Source of the DNA: an uncultured Acidobacteriaceae bacterium
GTDB taxonomy: Bacteria > Acidobacteriota > Terriglobia > Terriglobales > Acidobacteriaceae
Assembly: GCA_964245235.1 (NCBI GenBank)
Contig: CAXTLS010000013.1
Coordinates: 564-64,563 of the forward strand
DNA: 64,000 nucleotides
Direction: 5' to 3'
Shown: piece after piece, positions 46,301 through 54,514 of the stretch
How the letters are laid out: each line of letters starts with the position of its first letter
Position numbering within the stretch: position 1 is the stretch's first letter
The notes under the pieces: model-generated
What the model was told of the DNA's origin: nothing
Seen by the model: the letters and a program-made list of their open reading frames with translations, nothing else
The model's database searches: none
Position numbers and translations under genes: made by a program

Positions 46301-46697
46301 AGGGGGACTGGCTGGTGACCACGACCTCGGTCGAGACGGACGCCGCCGGAAGAGCCGCGTCAACCGTCAGGATCTGGCCGACGGTAAGCACGAGGTTCTT
46401 GCGATCCACCTTACCGAAGGAACCACCGCCCAGGACGACTTCATAGCGGCCAGGCTGCAGGAAGCTCGCCGAATAGGAGCCATCGCCGTTCGTTGTAATC
46501 GAACGCGAGACGCCCGTATCCGTGTCCGTGACTGTGACCGGCGCATTGGGAACAGCGGCGCCACTCGCATCCGTAACGTTGCCCGTAATGTTGCCGACGC
46601 CGGAGGTCTGGGCGTGAAGCGAAAGAGCCGTCAGGAAGATCAAGGCAGAGGCACAAGCCACGTGGAACAAGCGTTTCGAGAGGCTGGGACAAGTCAT
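43323..46697 (-). CDS. TonB-dependent receptor (Oar-like)
   Basis: G.VTDASGA, LPVNGRN, TKSGTNAIHG, RQLQVSAKLFF end; ATG 46697 preceded by AGGAG. Confidence 0.93.
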   Translation of the reverse strand: MTCPSLSKRLFHVACASALIFLTALSLHAQTSGVGNITGNVTDASGAAVPNAPVTVTDTDTGVSRSITTNGDGSYSASFLQPGRYEVVLGGGSFGKVDRKNLVLTVGQILTVDAALPAASVSTEVVVTSQSPLIDTEKTEVSQTVDQTLISNLPVNGRNWSDFVLLTPNVVQDGGTGLVSFHGISGLYNQNYVDGANNNQMLFSEARGRSSGAPYVYSLDSIKEFQAETSNYSVEFGQAVGGQVNAITKSGTNAIHGDAFYYLRYPTLNALDPVSKYQGLHGGNPFLLTQPIHQQQQFGGSVGGPVIKDRLFYFFTYDGFRRVGRVLYSNTNIIATTPSGMTASTTTITPTQCPATITSAQCLSAINFLLSTSDATAPPPVRFAKENIFFPRLDFHINSKNDMFVNYNFADFDSSYGYSSAPTFSNSSPSTNGPTSYHERFLIAGLTTQVSGRSVNQVHFQYGQDLETAGANAAGPSIGLSNLLTYGMPNALPRIAEPNEHRTQFTDVFSTVHGHHSFKFGGDANLVHEVMINLFQGGGVYSYAGSTALQNFQSWAADSFRGQPGDTDRYAGYHYTSFVQTIDVLNTAANTQGKDDFWFKIFDGFAEDSWKLRQNLTLNIGVRYDVQLTPPPIKNNTNYAPLSTYYSSTIKNVTDRVQPRIGFSYSPHEGTVVRGGYGLFSGLNQGSTYYAMRVENGVVQINYNYQGCGASCTAAAAAAAGLTFPNVPFIPTGPSLSTSLYPSGGTAPAVSGAGNLGVQSFHGLDPNFVPPLSHEAELGVEQALPGKISLGVGYVGSRTLRLPVFLDANLVGQTPHGSRSYNVLNASNALVEQITVPVYILSDRRNPLLQSYNTGFSVANAWYNSLAVTVRRPFANGLEVLGNYTWAKATDTDQVQGAFGTFYGGNTVLDPNNVRAENGLSDLDVRSRFVLSLVYQPQLFHDNKWAKQIIDGFVFSGTETASAGQPIVASMSGTVYNGSSSSYGSAGGIYGGAMSSSSGAATTGRPPQIGRNSIIGPGFNNLDFRISRDVPIHENIKLQFIGESFNLVNHRIITGVNSTYSTYVAATATSTTCSTKSAAPAGSPVQGCITPFAGTGTAAFDAPSSTNNTLYGPRQLQVSAKLFF

Positions 46698-46844
46698 ACG
46701 AGCGAAGCTCCTAAGTGCGGACACCGGACAAGCGGACAGTCGAAGCCTGGCTGGAGATGAGGGAGCAGTTGCAGGGCAAGGGGGCGCCTGCCTTCAAATC
46801 CGGCCAGAACAAAAGTTATCTGATTCCTCTACGTTCAGGCAGCC

Positions 46845-46859
46845 TGGAAACGATGTCAA
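46845..46859 (-). promoter_or_regulatory. Putative LacI-family operator overlapping a TTGACA -35 element upstream of the TonB receptor
   Basis: TGGAAACGATGTCA resembles TGnAAnCGnTnnCA; TTGACA on the minus strand at 46854-46859. Confidence 0.35.
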
Positions 46860-47030
46860 GTAGATAGCTGGGCTGTAACTGCGCGGTTCTTCACCAGAGC
46901 AATGCGAAACTGCAGCTTCCCAGAGGAATCTATAGTTTCTGGAACCGAATGCGTGAAAGGACGTCAGGACACGGCTTTCCTGACGCTTGGACACGCGCAT
47001 TAAATCACGGTCAATTCAGCGTGCTCGGCT

Positions 47031-47426
47031 TTAGTGAAGCTGGTCGGGAATGATGGCGTACTGAATCAGCAGCTCAAAAGGAACGATACGAAGGGTCGCC
47101 TCGTGCGTCGCTTCTAGGACGATCGGGCACGCCGCTCCAGCCTGCTGTACTTGGAGCCAGCGAGCAGCGCAGACGCACCAACGATCGCCCGGCTTGAGTC
47201 CTGCAAAATAAGACCTCGGTGTGGACAGGTCATTGCCAAGTGCCTTTGAGGCAGCCAGGAATGGCTCGTCAACGACACAGCAGACAGTATGAACGCCCAA
47301 ATCGTCCGGCCCTGTCTCGCAACAGCCTGTGCGATAGTAGCCAGTCATCGGCTCGCAGCCACAGGTGGCAAGCGGCTGACCAAGAACATTTTTTCCCTGC
47401 GGCTTATGCGGTTCGACGGTCGGCAT
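47031..47426 (-). CDS. DUF2237 family protein
   Basis: NVLG.PL..C, TGYYR.GCC.T, H.VC, GNDLSTP, GDRWC.CA.RW. Confidence 0.92.
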   Translation of the reverse strand: MPTVEPHKPQGKNVLGQPLATCGCEPMTGYYRTGCCETGPDDLGVHTVCCVVDEPFLAASKALGNDLSTPRSYFAGLKPGDRWCVCAARWLQVQQAGAACPIVLEATHEATLRIVPFELLIQYAIIPDQLH

Positions 47427-47550
47427 GGTTCGGTGTCCTTACTTGAGATCATGATACAGACGCGCGACCGATCGTGGCGGTTGTCAATGAGAAGCGCTCC
47501 ATCGTGACCCGAGTCGCAGCAACGATGGAGCGCCGGGATGATCACCGCAA

Positions 47551-49188
47551 CTACTTTGCCGAGATTGCCATCTGCTGCTGGTATTCCTCGTAAGGCCCCT
47601 TGTGGTCGGTGACGTGAAAGTCGTTCGGACCACCTTCAAAGTGCCAGATGCGTGTACCCGCCTCTTCGATCAGATCCTGGTCGTGCGTCACCAGGAAGAC
47701 GGTGCCTTCATACTTCTGGATAGCCTGGTTGAGCGCATTGATACTCTCAAGGTCCAGGTGGTTCGTCGGTTCATCGAGCACCAGCACGTTCGGCTTCTGC
47801 AGCATGATCTTGCAGAAAAGCAGGCGTGCGGCCTCACCACCCGAGAGCGAATCAGTCTTCTTCAAACCCTCCTCACCCTTGAAGAGCATCTGCCCGAGAA
47901 TGCCGCGAATGTCCTCCTTGGTCGCCGATGGGTCGAATTGGTGCAGCCAGTCGGAAGCTGTCATCCCGAGTTGGATCGAGCCCTTATGGTCCTGGGCGAA
48001 GTAGCCGATCGAGACCTCGTGCCCCCACTTGACCGAACCTAAATCGATGGCGACATCCTTCTCTTCAATGCCCGGCCCGTTGGCGAGCAATGCCTTCAGC
48101 AACGTCGTCTTACCTTGGCCGTTGCGGCCCATCAGGACCACCTTGTCGCCGCGCGTCACCGCCGCCGAGAAGTTGTTGATTACGTGCTCGGTCTTTCCGT
48201 CCTTCTGAACATACGACTTATTTACCTTCTCGAACTCGAGGACATTTTTGCCGGATGGCCGCTCCATCTTGAAGCTGATGAACGGACGCGCGATGTTGGA
48301 GCGGGCAAGCTCAGAGGTAGCGAGCCGTTCAACCTCCTTCTTACGGGAATTTACCTGGCTGGATCGCGTGCCAGCCGAGAACCGAGCGATGAAGTCGTTC
48401 AGCTGCGCAATCTTCTTCTCGCGCTGCTCGTTCTGGCTCTCAATGCGGGTGCGCACACTCGTCTTCTGAAAGACCATGTCGTCGTACCCGCCGTTATAGG
48501 TAATGATCGTCTCGTAGTCAATGTCCGCAATGTGGGTGCAGACCTTATTGAGGAAGTGGCGGTCGTGCGAGATGGTGATGACGGTGCCGTTGTAGCGCAC
48601 GAGAAAGTCCTGCAGCCAATGGATCGACTCAAGGTCGAGCGAGTTCGTGGGCTCGTCCAGCAGCAGACCTTGGGGATTGCCGAATAGGGCCTGAGCCAGC
48701 AACACGCGGACCTTCTGGCCGCCCTGCAGTTCGGCCATCTTGCGCTCGTGCAGCTCATCAGGAATGTCGAGCCCCTGCAGCAGAACGGCGGCGTTCGACT
48801 CCGCCTCGTATCCATCCTCGTCGCCAACGATGCCTTCCAGTTCACCAAGACGTGAGCCATCCTCATCGGTCATCTCGGGCTTCTCGTAGATCATCTCCCG
48901 CTCCTCAAGTGCAGCCCAGAGCGCCTTATTGCCCATGATGACCGTGTCGATGACGCGGTAGGAGTCGAAGGCGTACTGATCCTGCGAGAGGACGCCGATC
49001 TTCTTCGGCCGGACGACAGTGCCCTTCTGTGGGTCGATCTCGCCCGTTAGGCACTTCATAAATGTGGATTTACCGGCGCCGTTGGGACCGGTCAGGCCGT
49101 AGCGACGGCCCGTAGTAAAGGTGACGGAGACATCCTCAAAGAGAAGCTTCGAGCCATAGCGCATGGTGACGTTCGATACGGAGATCAT
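47551..49188 (-). CDS. ABC-F family ATPase (YbiT-like, ribosome-associated)
   Basis: Two ABC domains (GPNGAGKST, GRNGQGKTT, LDEPTN twice) and no transmembrane segments. Confidence 0.93.
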   Translation of the reverse strand: MISVSNVTMRYGSKLLFEDVSVTFTTGRRYGLTGPNGAGKSTFMKCLTGEIDPQKGTVVRPKKIGVLSQDQYAFDSYRVIDTVIMGNKALWAALEEREMIYEKPEMTDEDGSRLGELEGIVGDEDGYEAESNAAVLLQGLDIPDELHERKMAELQGGQKVRVLLAQALFGNPQGLLLDEPTNSLDLESIHWLQDFLVRYNGTVITISHDRHFLNKVCTHIADIDYETIITYNGGYDDMVFQKTSVRTRIESQNEQREKKIAQLNDFIARFSAGTRSSQVNSRKKEVERLATSELARSNIARPFISFKMERPSGKNVLEFEKVNKSYVQKDGKTEHVINNFSAAVTRGDKVVLMGRNGQGKTTLLKALLANGPGIEEKDVAIDLGSVKWGHEVSIGYFAQDHKGSIQLGMTASDWLHQFDPSATKEDIRGILGQMLFKGEEGLKKTDSLSGGEAARLLFCKIMLQKPNVLVLDEPTNHLDLESINALNQAIQKYEGTVFLVTHDQDLIEEAGTRIWHFEGGPNDFHVTDHKGPYEEYQQQMAISAK

Positions 49189-49256
49189 ATGTACTTCCTA
49201 TCCATAGCAGATATCGATATTAAAACGATGATTCGATCGTGCCCACTTTGAGTGGC

Positions 49257-49406
49257 TTACGACTGCCCGATCAGCACGTCGGCAGCGAAGACCAGGCCGC
49301 CGCCAACAATCACCTGCAGGCAGGAGAGCGCGATGCTGGTTCTTAGGTATTCATAGCGGATGAGAGCAATACCTGCTCCGACCGCGGAGGCTGCGCCGAC
49401 CACGAG
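49257..49406 (-). pseudogene. Remnant of a VIT1/CCC1 (MbfA-like) iron transporter, 5'-truncated and internally deleted
   Basis: LVVGAASAVGAGI joined directly to ALIRYEYL...QVIVGGGLVFAADVLIGQS; both resemble non-adjacent segments of the MbfA VIT domain as I recall it. Confidence 0.6.
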
Positions 49407-49476
49407 ATCGGTGATGCCGCTCAACTTGAGAAGTAAGTCAGGCGTGACTTCCGGAGCGGTTTGAGGCAGGTCATAT

Positions 49477-49530
49477 ACAAACAAACCGCTCCCGCGCTGC
49501 CGTGGGTTGACGCGCAGAGTGGAAGCGGTT
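49477..49530 (-). terminator. Terminator downstream of the DEAD-box helicase
   Basis: AACCGCTTCC...GGGAGCGGTT followed by TGTTTGT on the minus strand. Confidence 0.6.
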
Positions 49531-49541
49531 GAGTTCAAGGT

Positions 49542-51050
49542 TTACTGACCGCGGCGAGCCGGGCCGGAGCGGCTGCTGCCAGGACGATTGCTGCTGGCGC
49601 GTCCGTTCAAACCAGGCCGTCCGCCGGAATTTCTTCCGCCGGCAAAGCCGCCGCCGTTGCCACCACGGTTGCGGAAGCCGCCGCCGGCTCCCGCGCCCGC
49701 TGACCGGAAGGGAGAGTTCGGGGTCATGGGAGCTACTGGGTCGTTGCCCTTCCAGGCCCGCGTCTCCAACTGCATGAGGTCGCTGGTCTGGTTGAGATCG
49801 AGAGGCTTGTTGCGCTCTTCCTTCTCAAGATTCTTATCGGCTTCGCGCCACTCAAACTTGATCTTCAACTCACGCTCGAGCTTCCGGGCGTCACCACGCT
49901 CCTGCGGCATCACAAACGTCGTCGCCACACCCTTCTTGCCGGCGCGTCCGGTACGGCCGATCCGGTGGACAAAGTCATCCGAGGCGTTCGGCAGATCGTA
50001 GTTGATGACGTGCGCGATATCCTGCACGTCGATCCCGCGGGCAGCCACATCGGTTGCCACCAGCACGCGATGCTTACCATTGGCAAAGCCCTTCAGGGCC
50101 GCCGTCCGCTGCGATTGCGAACGATCGCCATGAATCACGTCCGCATCATGGCCCAGCTTCTCGAGCTTTTTCGAGATGCGATCGGCGCCGTGCTTGGTCC
50201 GCGAGAAGACGAGGAAGGTTCCCTCTTCCTGGCGCAGCATCTGGTCAAGCAGGCCGAGCTTCTGATCCTGCATGACGGTGTACACCCGCAGTTCGACGCG
50301 GTCAGACGGTTTTGACGTGGAGCCGATCTCGATCCGGACAGGGTTGTTGACGTAGTCGCGAACGATCTCGCGGATGTTCGCGTCGAGCGTGGCCGAGTAG
50401 CACATCGTCTGGCGTGCCTTCGGGATGGCACCAACAATGCGACGGATGGCAGGCAGGAAGCCCATATCCAGCATGCGATCGACCTCATCGAGGACGAACA
50501 TCTCCACCGCGCCCAGGTTGACGGAGCGGCGGCGAAGGAAATCTTCGAGACGGCCGGGCGTGGCGACCACCAGCCGGGGACCGCGCTCCAACTGATCAAG
50601 CTGCGTGTTTTCAGAGAGACCGCCGCAGACCAGCACGGCGTCGCCACGTGAGCCCGGGACAAGCTTGCCATAGGCCTCAAGAACCTGCATGGCGAGTTCG
50701 CGTGTCGGCAGCAGGATCAATGAACGGATTGGGCCACGCTTGCCACGGGTGCTTGGGACCGAGGTCGCATCCATGCGCTCGATCATCGGGATCAGGAAGC
50801 TGAGCGTCTTGCCGGTGCCGGTTGAGGCAGTGGCAAGAATATCCGAGCCCTCAAGCGCCGGCGGAATCGCCTTCGCCTGGACAGGAGTCGGCAGGGTAAA
50901 ACCGGCAGACGCGAGGCGGCTCTTCAGTGAATCCGAGATCTTGAAGTCGTTGAATTGGACATCTTTGACGAGCGTGAGGCGGGTTGCTGTATCGATGATG
51001 CTGTCGGGCTGTGCTGCAGGCATCTGTGGTTCGAGAGTTGCGGAGTTCAA
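49542..51050 (-). CDS. DEAD-box RNA helicase (RhlE/CshA-like) with a Gly/Arg-rich tail
   Basis: PTPVQ, TGTGKT, PTRELA, TPGR, DEVD, SAT, ARGID, HRIGRTGR; TTG start with AAGGA. Confidence 0.95.
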   Translation of the reverse strand: MNSATLEPQMPAAQPDSIIDTATRLTLVKDVQFNDFKISDSLKSRLASAGFTLPTPVQAKAIPPALEGSDILATASTGTGKTLSFLIPMIERMDATSVPSTRGKRGPIRSLILLPTRELAMQVLEAYGKLVPGSRGDAVLVCGGLSENTQLDQLERGPRLVVATPGRLEDFLRRRSVNLGAVEMFVLDEVDRMLDMGFLPAIRRIVGAIPKARQTMCYSATLDANIREIVRDYVNNPVRIEIGSTSKPSDRVELRVYTVMQDQKLGLLDQMLRQEEGTFLVFSRTKHGADRISKKLEKLGHDADVIHGDRSQSQRTAALKGFANGKHRVLVATDVAARGIDVQDIAHVINYDLPNASDDFVHRIGRTGRAGKKGVATTFVMPQERGDARKLERELKIKFEWREADKNLEKEERNKPLDLNQTSDLMQLETRAWKGNDPVAPMTPNSPFRSAGAGAGGGFRNRGGNGGGFAGGRNSGGRPGLNGRASSNRPGSSRSGPARRGQ

Positions 51051-51477
51051 TGGTTGTCCTTAGGTGTGTTGATAATGCTGCCGTTCGTCATGAACGTAGG
51101 GGCGCAGGGATGCCGAGGCACCATGGATTGATTGAGTCAGCATTGCTGTCGTAGCCGAAGCGCTGCTGCTGCACGGCGAAATCTGTCCGGTGACAAATCT
51201 CCAGCCAGAGCAACCAGCGCGGCTTCCAAGATAAAGAAGGTTTGCGACGGTTAGGGCGGATCGCAGTCTCTGGCCAAACTCAAATCCATTCCAAGTCTTT
51301 GCCTGCGAGGCCCGTGTCAGTCTTACCTGAGCACATAGAAATAATAGCACACCTGACAAGGGGGAAGGAAATGATTGAGCTCGCATCCTCCGCCCGTCAA
51401 CTGCGTTCAAATTCGTAAAGCTTGCTGACATTTTATGGCTCACGCGAGTCGAATACGTATGCTTGGAAGAAGATGAT

Positions 51478-52548
51478 ATGGATCTGATTCCGGCAAAACG
51501 CGCGCCTCGCAGCAGAACGCTGCCGAGTGTCATCTTCCTGTCGCTGGGATTGATGCTCCGTTGCGTCTCGAGCACCACAAGCGCTCAGGAGACGCCGACA
51601 ACCCCTGCAACCGAATCCGCCAGTAAGGCTGAGATCGGGAGCGTGCGTGGCTCCGTCACCGATGCAGACGGCGCTGTCATTACAGGGGCGCAGGTCCTGT
51701 TGACAACCGGCAGCACTTCAGCCCAGACGGTATCGGGGAGCGATGGAAGCTTCAGCTTTGCGCATATAGGTCCGGGGCCCTTTCGGCTCACCGTCACCAC
51801 CACGGGATTTGCCGCCAAGGCCGTGAGCGCCACCTTGCCGCCGAACGAGTCCTACGACGTACCGCCGATAGCCCTGGCCGCAGCCGCCGATATCGACGTC
51901 CAGGTAATCCTCTCGCAGCACGACCTTGCGCAGGCACAGGTAAAAGCTGAAGAAAAGCAGCGTCTGGCCGGCTTTCTGCCAAACTTCTTCGTTACCTATG
52001 ATTGGCATGCCGCACCACTCTCCCCGAGGCAGAAGTATGAGCTCGCGTGGAGGACAACGCTCGATCCGGCAAGCCTGATTGTGGATGGCGCGATTGCCGG
52101 TGTTCAACAAGCGCAGAACGACTACAGCGCCTATGGCCAGGGCGCAGCGGGCTACGGCAAGCGATTCGGTGCGGCCTTTGCCGATTCGGCCGTCGGGGAT
52201 TTTTTGGGAGGCGCAATCCTGCCGTCACTCCTGCACCAGGATCCACGTTACTTCTGCAAGGGCACCGGCACCATTCAGAGACGGGCGCTCTACGCGCTCT
52301 CGGCCGCTGTTATCTGCCACGGCGACAATGGACACTGGCAGCCAAACTACTCCGGAGTCTTTGGGGATCTGGCAGCGGGGGGAATTTCCAACCTGTATTA
52401 TCCGTCAGCGAATCGTAACGGCGCGCGGCTTACCTTCGAGAACGGCCTGCTCGGCGTTGTAGGGGATGCTGTCGGAAACGTCATCCAGGAGTTCGTCTTC
52501 CGGAAAATCACGCCTCACCTCCCCCCGAGCAATTCGGTAAGGCCCTGA
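51478..52548 (+). CDS. Carboxypeptidase-regulatory-like domain membrane/secreted protein
   Basis: GSVTDADGAVI; YGQG..GYGKRFGA; HQDPRYF. Confidence 0.82.
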   Translation: MDLIPAKRAPRSRTLPSVIFLSLGLMLRCVSSTTSAQETPTTPATESASKAEIGSVRGSVTDADGAVITGAQVLLTTGSTSAQTVSGSDGSFSFAHIGPGPFRLTVTTTGFAAKAVSATLPPNESYDVPPIALAAAADIDVQVILSQHDLAQAQVKAEEKQRLAGFLPNFFVTYDWHAAPLSPRQKYELAWRTTLDPASLIVDGAIAGVQQAQNDYSAYGQGAAGYGKRFGAAFADSAVGDFLGGAILPSLLHQDPRYFCKGTGTIQRRALYALSAAVICHGDNGHWQPNYSGVFGDLAAGGISNLYYPSANRNGARLTFENGLLGVVGDAVGNVIQEFVFRKITPHLPPSNSVRP

Positions 52549-52563
52549 TCTCGGCGGTCATAA

Positions 52564-52594
52564 CAGCGATGCCCTCCAAAGAGGGGCATCGCTG
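52564..52594. terminator. Hairpin between convergent genes
   Basis: CAGCGATGCCC...GGGCATCGCTG. Confidence 0.7.
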
Positions 52595-52612
52595 GCTTGT
52601 GGAACACAGAAC

Positions 52613-53089
52613 CTAAATATGGCAACTCACCATGCCACGTTTCTCGAGGTATCGCTGGTGATATTCCTCTGCCTTCCAGAAGATCGTAGCGGGAACAACC
52701 TGGGTTGCGATCGGCTTGCGAAAGCTGCCCGCGGCATTAAGTTCCATGATCTTCGCCCTGGCTTTCTCCAACTGCTCCTCGGAATGGGTAAAGATCACGC
52801 TGCGGTACTGCGTACCGTAGTCCGGACCCTGCCGATCGACCTGTGTCGGATCGTGCAGAGAGAAGAACGCATCCAGCAGCGTGTCATACGAGAGTCGCGT
52901 TGGATCGAACGTTACATCCACGACCTCTGCATGCCCGGTGCGGTCAGTACAAACTTCCTTGTACGTCGGATGTTCCAGGTTACCGCCCTCATAGCCAGCG
53001 GCGGTATCGATCACGCCGGTAAGTTCACTGAACCGGGCCTCCACGCCCCAGAAACAGCCTGCTCCAAATGTTGCCTTTTCGATTGCCAC
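52613..53089 (-). CDS. msrA: Peptide methionine sulfoxide reductase A
   Basis: GAGCFWG, TGHAE, HDPT, QYRS, AEEYHQ.Y; AAAGGAG RBS. Confidence 0.96.
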   Translation of the reverse strand: MAIEKATFGAGCFWGVEARFSELTGVIDTAAGYEGGNLEHPTYKEVCTDRTGHAEVVDVTFDPTRLSYDTLLDAFFSLHDPTQVDRQGPDYGTQYRSVIFTHSEEQLEKARAKIMELNAAGSFRKPIATQVVPATIFWKAEEYHQRYLEKRGMVSCHI

Positions 53090-53239
53090 GGTAATACTCC
53101 TTTACAGTTCATTGGATGTTCGTCGATATGCTTTGTCATCGACGAGTCTATGAATCGCAGAAGTATTCTGGGCGCGCTGTGACACCGCCGTCAAGGCGTG
53201 CGCCGACGATACTTTGGCGACGGTAACAGCCTGGGAACG

Positions 53240-54193
53240 TTAGCCCGTCCCCCTGCTTTGACGTGGAGATTTGCTGCCGGCAGGCTGCCGTCGAGGCTTG
53301 CTCGAGCGCGCCTTCTTCACCGGCGCCTTGAGCTGCGCGAACTCCGGCAGCTTGGCCTTGGGAACGACCTTCTTTCCTTTGGCGGCGCGGTCGAGCGCCA
53401 TTACCTCGCCTAATGTCAGCTCGCGAAACTCACCCGGCGGCACATCCAGACGCAGCGCACCATACCCAATGCGCCGGATCTTCTCGACATGGTGGCCGGT
53501 CTCTTCAAACATCTTGCGAAGCTGGCGGTTGCGGCCCTCGGTCAGGGTGAGTTGGTACCACGGGTTGTCGCCGCCGCGCACCAACTCTACTTGCGCCGGT
53601 GCGGTGATAACACGATCACGCCGCCCGGAGCGGACTTCGTCAAGGCGCCCGCGGTCAATCATAATGCCGCGCCGCAGCTGGTCAATGCTCTCCGGCGTAG
53701 GCTGCCCGCTGACCTTCACCAAGTACGTCTTTTCAACCCCTGCGGCGGCCTTCGAGAGCGCATTGGCGAGCGCACCGTCGTTGGTCATCAGCAGTAGACC
53801 CTCGCTCAGGTAGTCGAGCCGGCCAACGGGATACAGCCGCACATTGTCGCCATGCGGCCCCGACTTCTGCCTCGCCATCAACTGCATGACAGTAGGCCGC
53901 TTCTCCGGATCGTCCAGCGTCGTCACATAGCCACGTGGCTTGTTGAGTATGTAATAGCGCTGCTGCTCCGGGCCTGCCAGCAGTTTGCCATCGACACGGA
54001 TGTGATCGCGCATCGCATCATGACGCGTACCAAGCGTGTTGACGACGGTGCCATTGACCTTCACGCGGCCTTCAAGAATGATCTCCTCGGCTTTCCGGCG
54101 GCTGGCGATGCCGGCCTGGGCAAGGATCTTCTGGAGGCGATCGCCCTGGGGCTCAGGGGTCTTCGGAGCAGGAGAGGTGTGCTTGGTGCTCAT
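53240..54193 (-). CDS. rluB: 23S rRNA pseudouridine synthase, RluB-like
   Basis: S4 domain RLQKILAQAGIASRRKAE; NKPRG; VGRLD; EGRNRQLR; downstream of scpB. Confidence 0.88.
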   Translation of the reverse strand: MSTKHTSPAPKTPEPQGDRLQKILAQAGIASRRKAEEIILEGRVKVNGTVVNTLGTRHDAMRDHIRVDGKLLAGPEQQRYYILNKPRGYVTTLDDPEKRPTVMQLMARQKSGPHGDNVRLYPVGRLDYLSEGLLLMTNDGALANALSKAAAGVEKTYLVKVSGQPTPESIDQLRRGIMIDRGRLDEVRSGRRDRVITAPAQVELVRGGDNPWYQLTLTEGRNRQLRKMFEETGHHVEKIRRIGYGALRLDVPPGEFRELTLGEVMALDRAAKGKKVVPKAKLPEFAQLKAPVKKARSSKPRRQPAGSKSPRQSRGTG

Positions 54194-54325
54194 AGTATGA
54201 CTTTCCGACCGCGGAGCTGCTCATCGCGGTTCAATCGAACGTACAGCAGCCGGGAAGCTACTGGAGGTAGTGTCTCCATTGTAGCCGCCCGGCTGTCATT
54301 CTCGTTCGTAAAGCTCGCCACCGTT

Positions 54326-54514
54326 CTAGACTTTGTTAGTGTCAATCGCCGGCGTTCGCTGCAGGCCTTCCGGCGCAGGCTCCAAGGGCTGGTTTGGAGC
54401 GTATTCATTGTCGCCTTCAGGAGTGCCCACGGTATCGGGCTCCTGATCTTCGGGAGTGTCCGGAGAGTTGCGAGGATCGCTCTCAGGATCAAGCGGCGGA
54501 TGCTGATCCGTCAT
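54326..54514 (-). CDS. Small acidic Pro-rich hypothetical protein
   Basis: ATGA overlap with the scpB stop; AGGAGG upstream. Confidence 0.55.
   Translation of the reverse strand: MTDQHPPLDPESDPRNSPDTPEDQEPDTVGTPEGDNEYAPNQPLEPAPEGLQRTPAIDTNKV

Noticed and set aside
43170-46697. Genomic island integrated at tRNA-Arg
   Set aside because: No integrase, no duplicated tRNA 3' end found by eye and no composition shift.
51060-51578. 172-aa minus-strand ORF upstream of the helicase
   Set aside because: Spans promoter/leader DNA and overlaps the opposite gene; no coding-like composition.
54190-54492. 100-aa ORF between scpB and rluB
   Set aside because: Overlaps the better supported 62-aa ORF in another frame; its internal ATG coincides with a TACAAT -10-like site that probably serves rluB.
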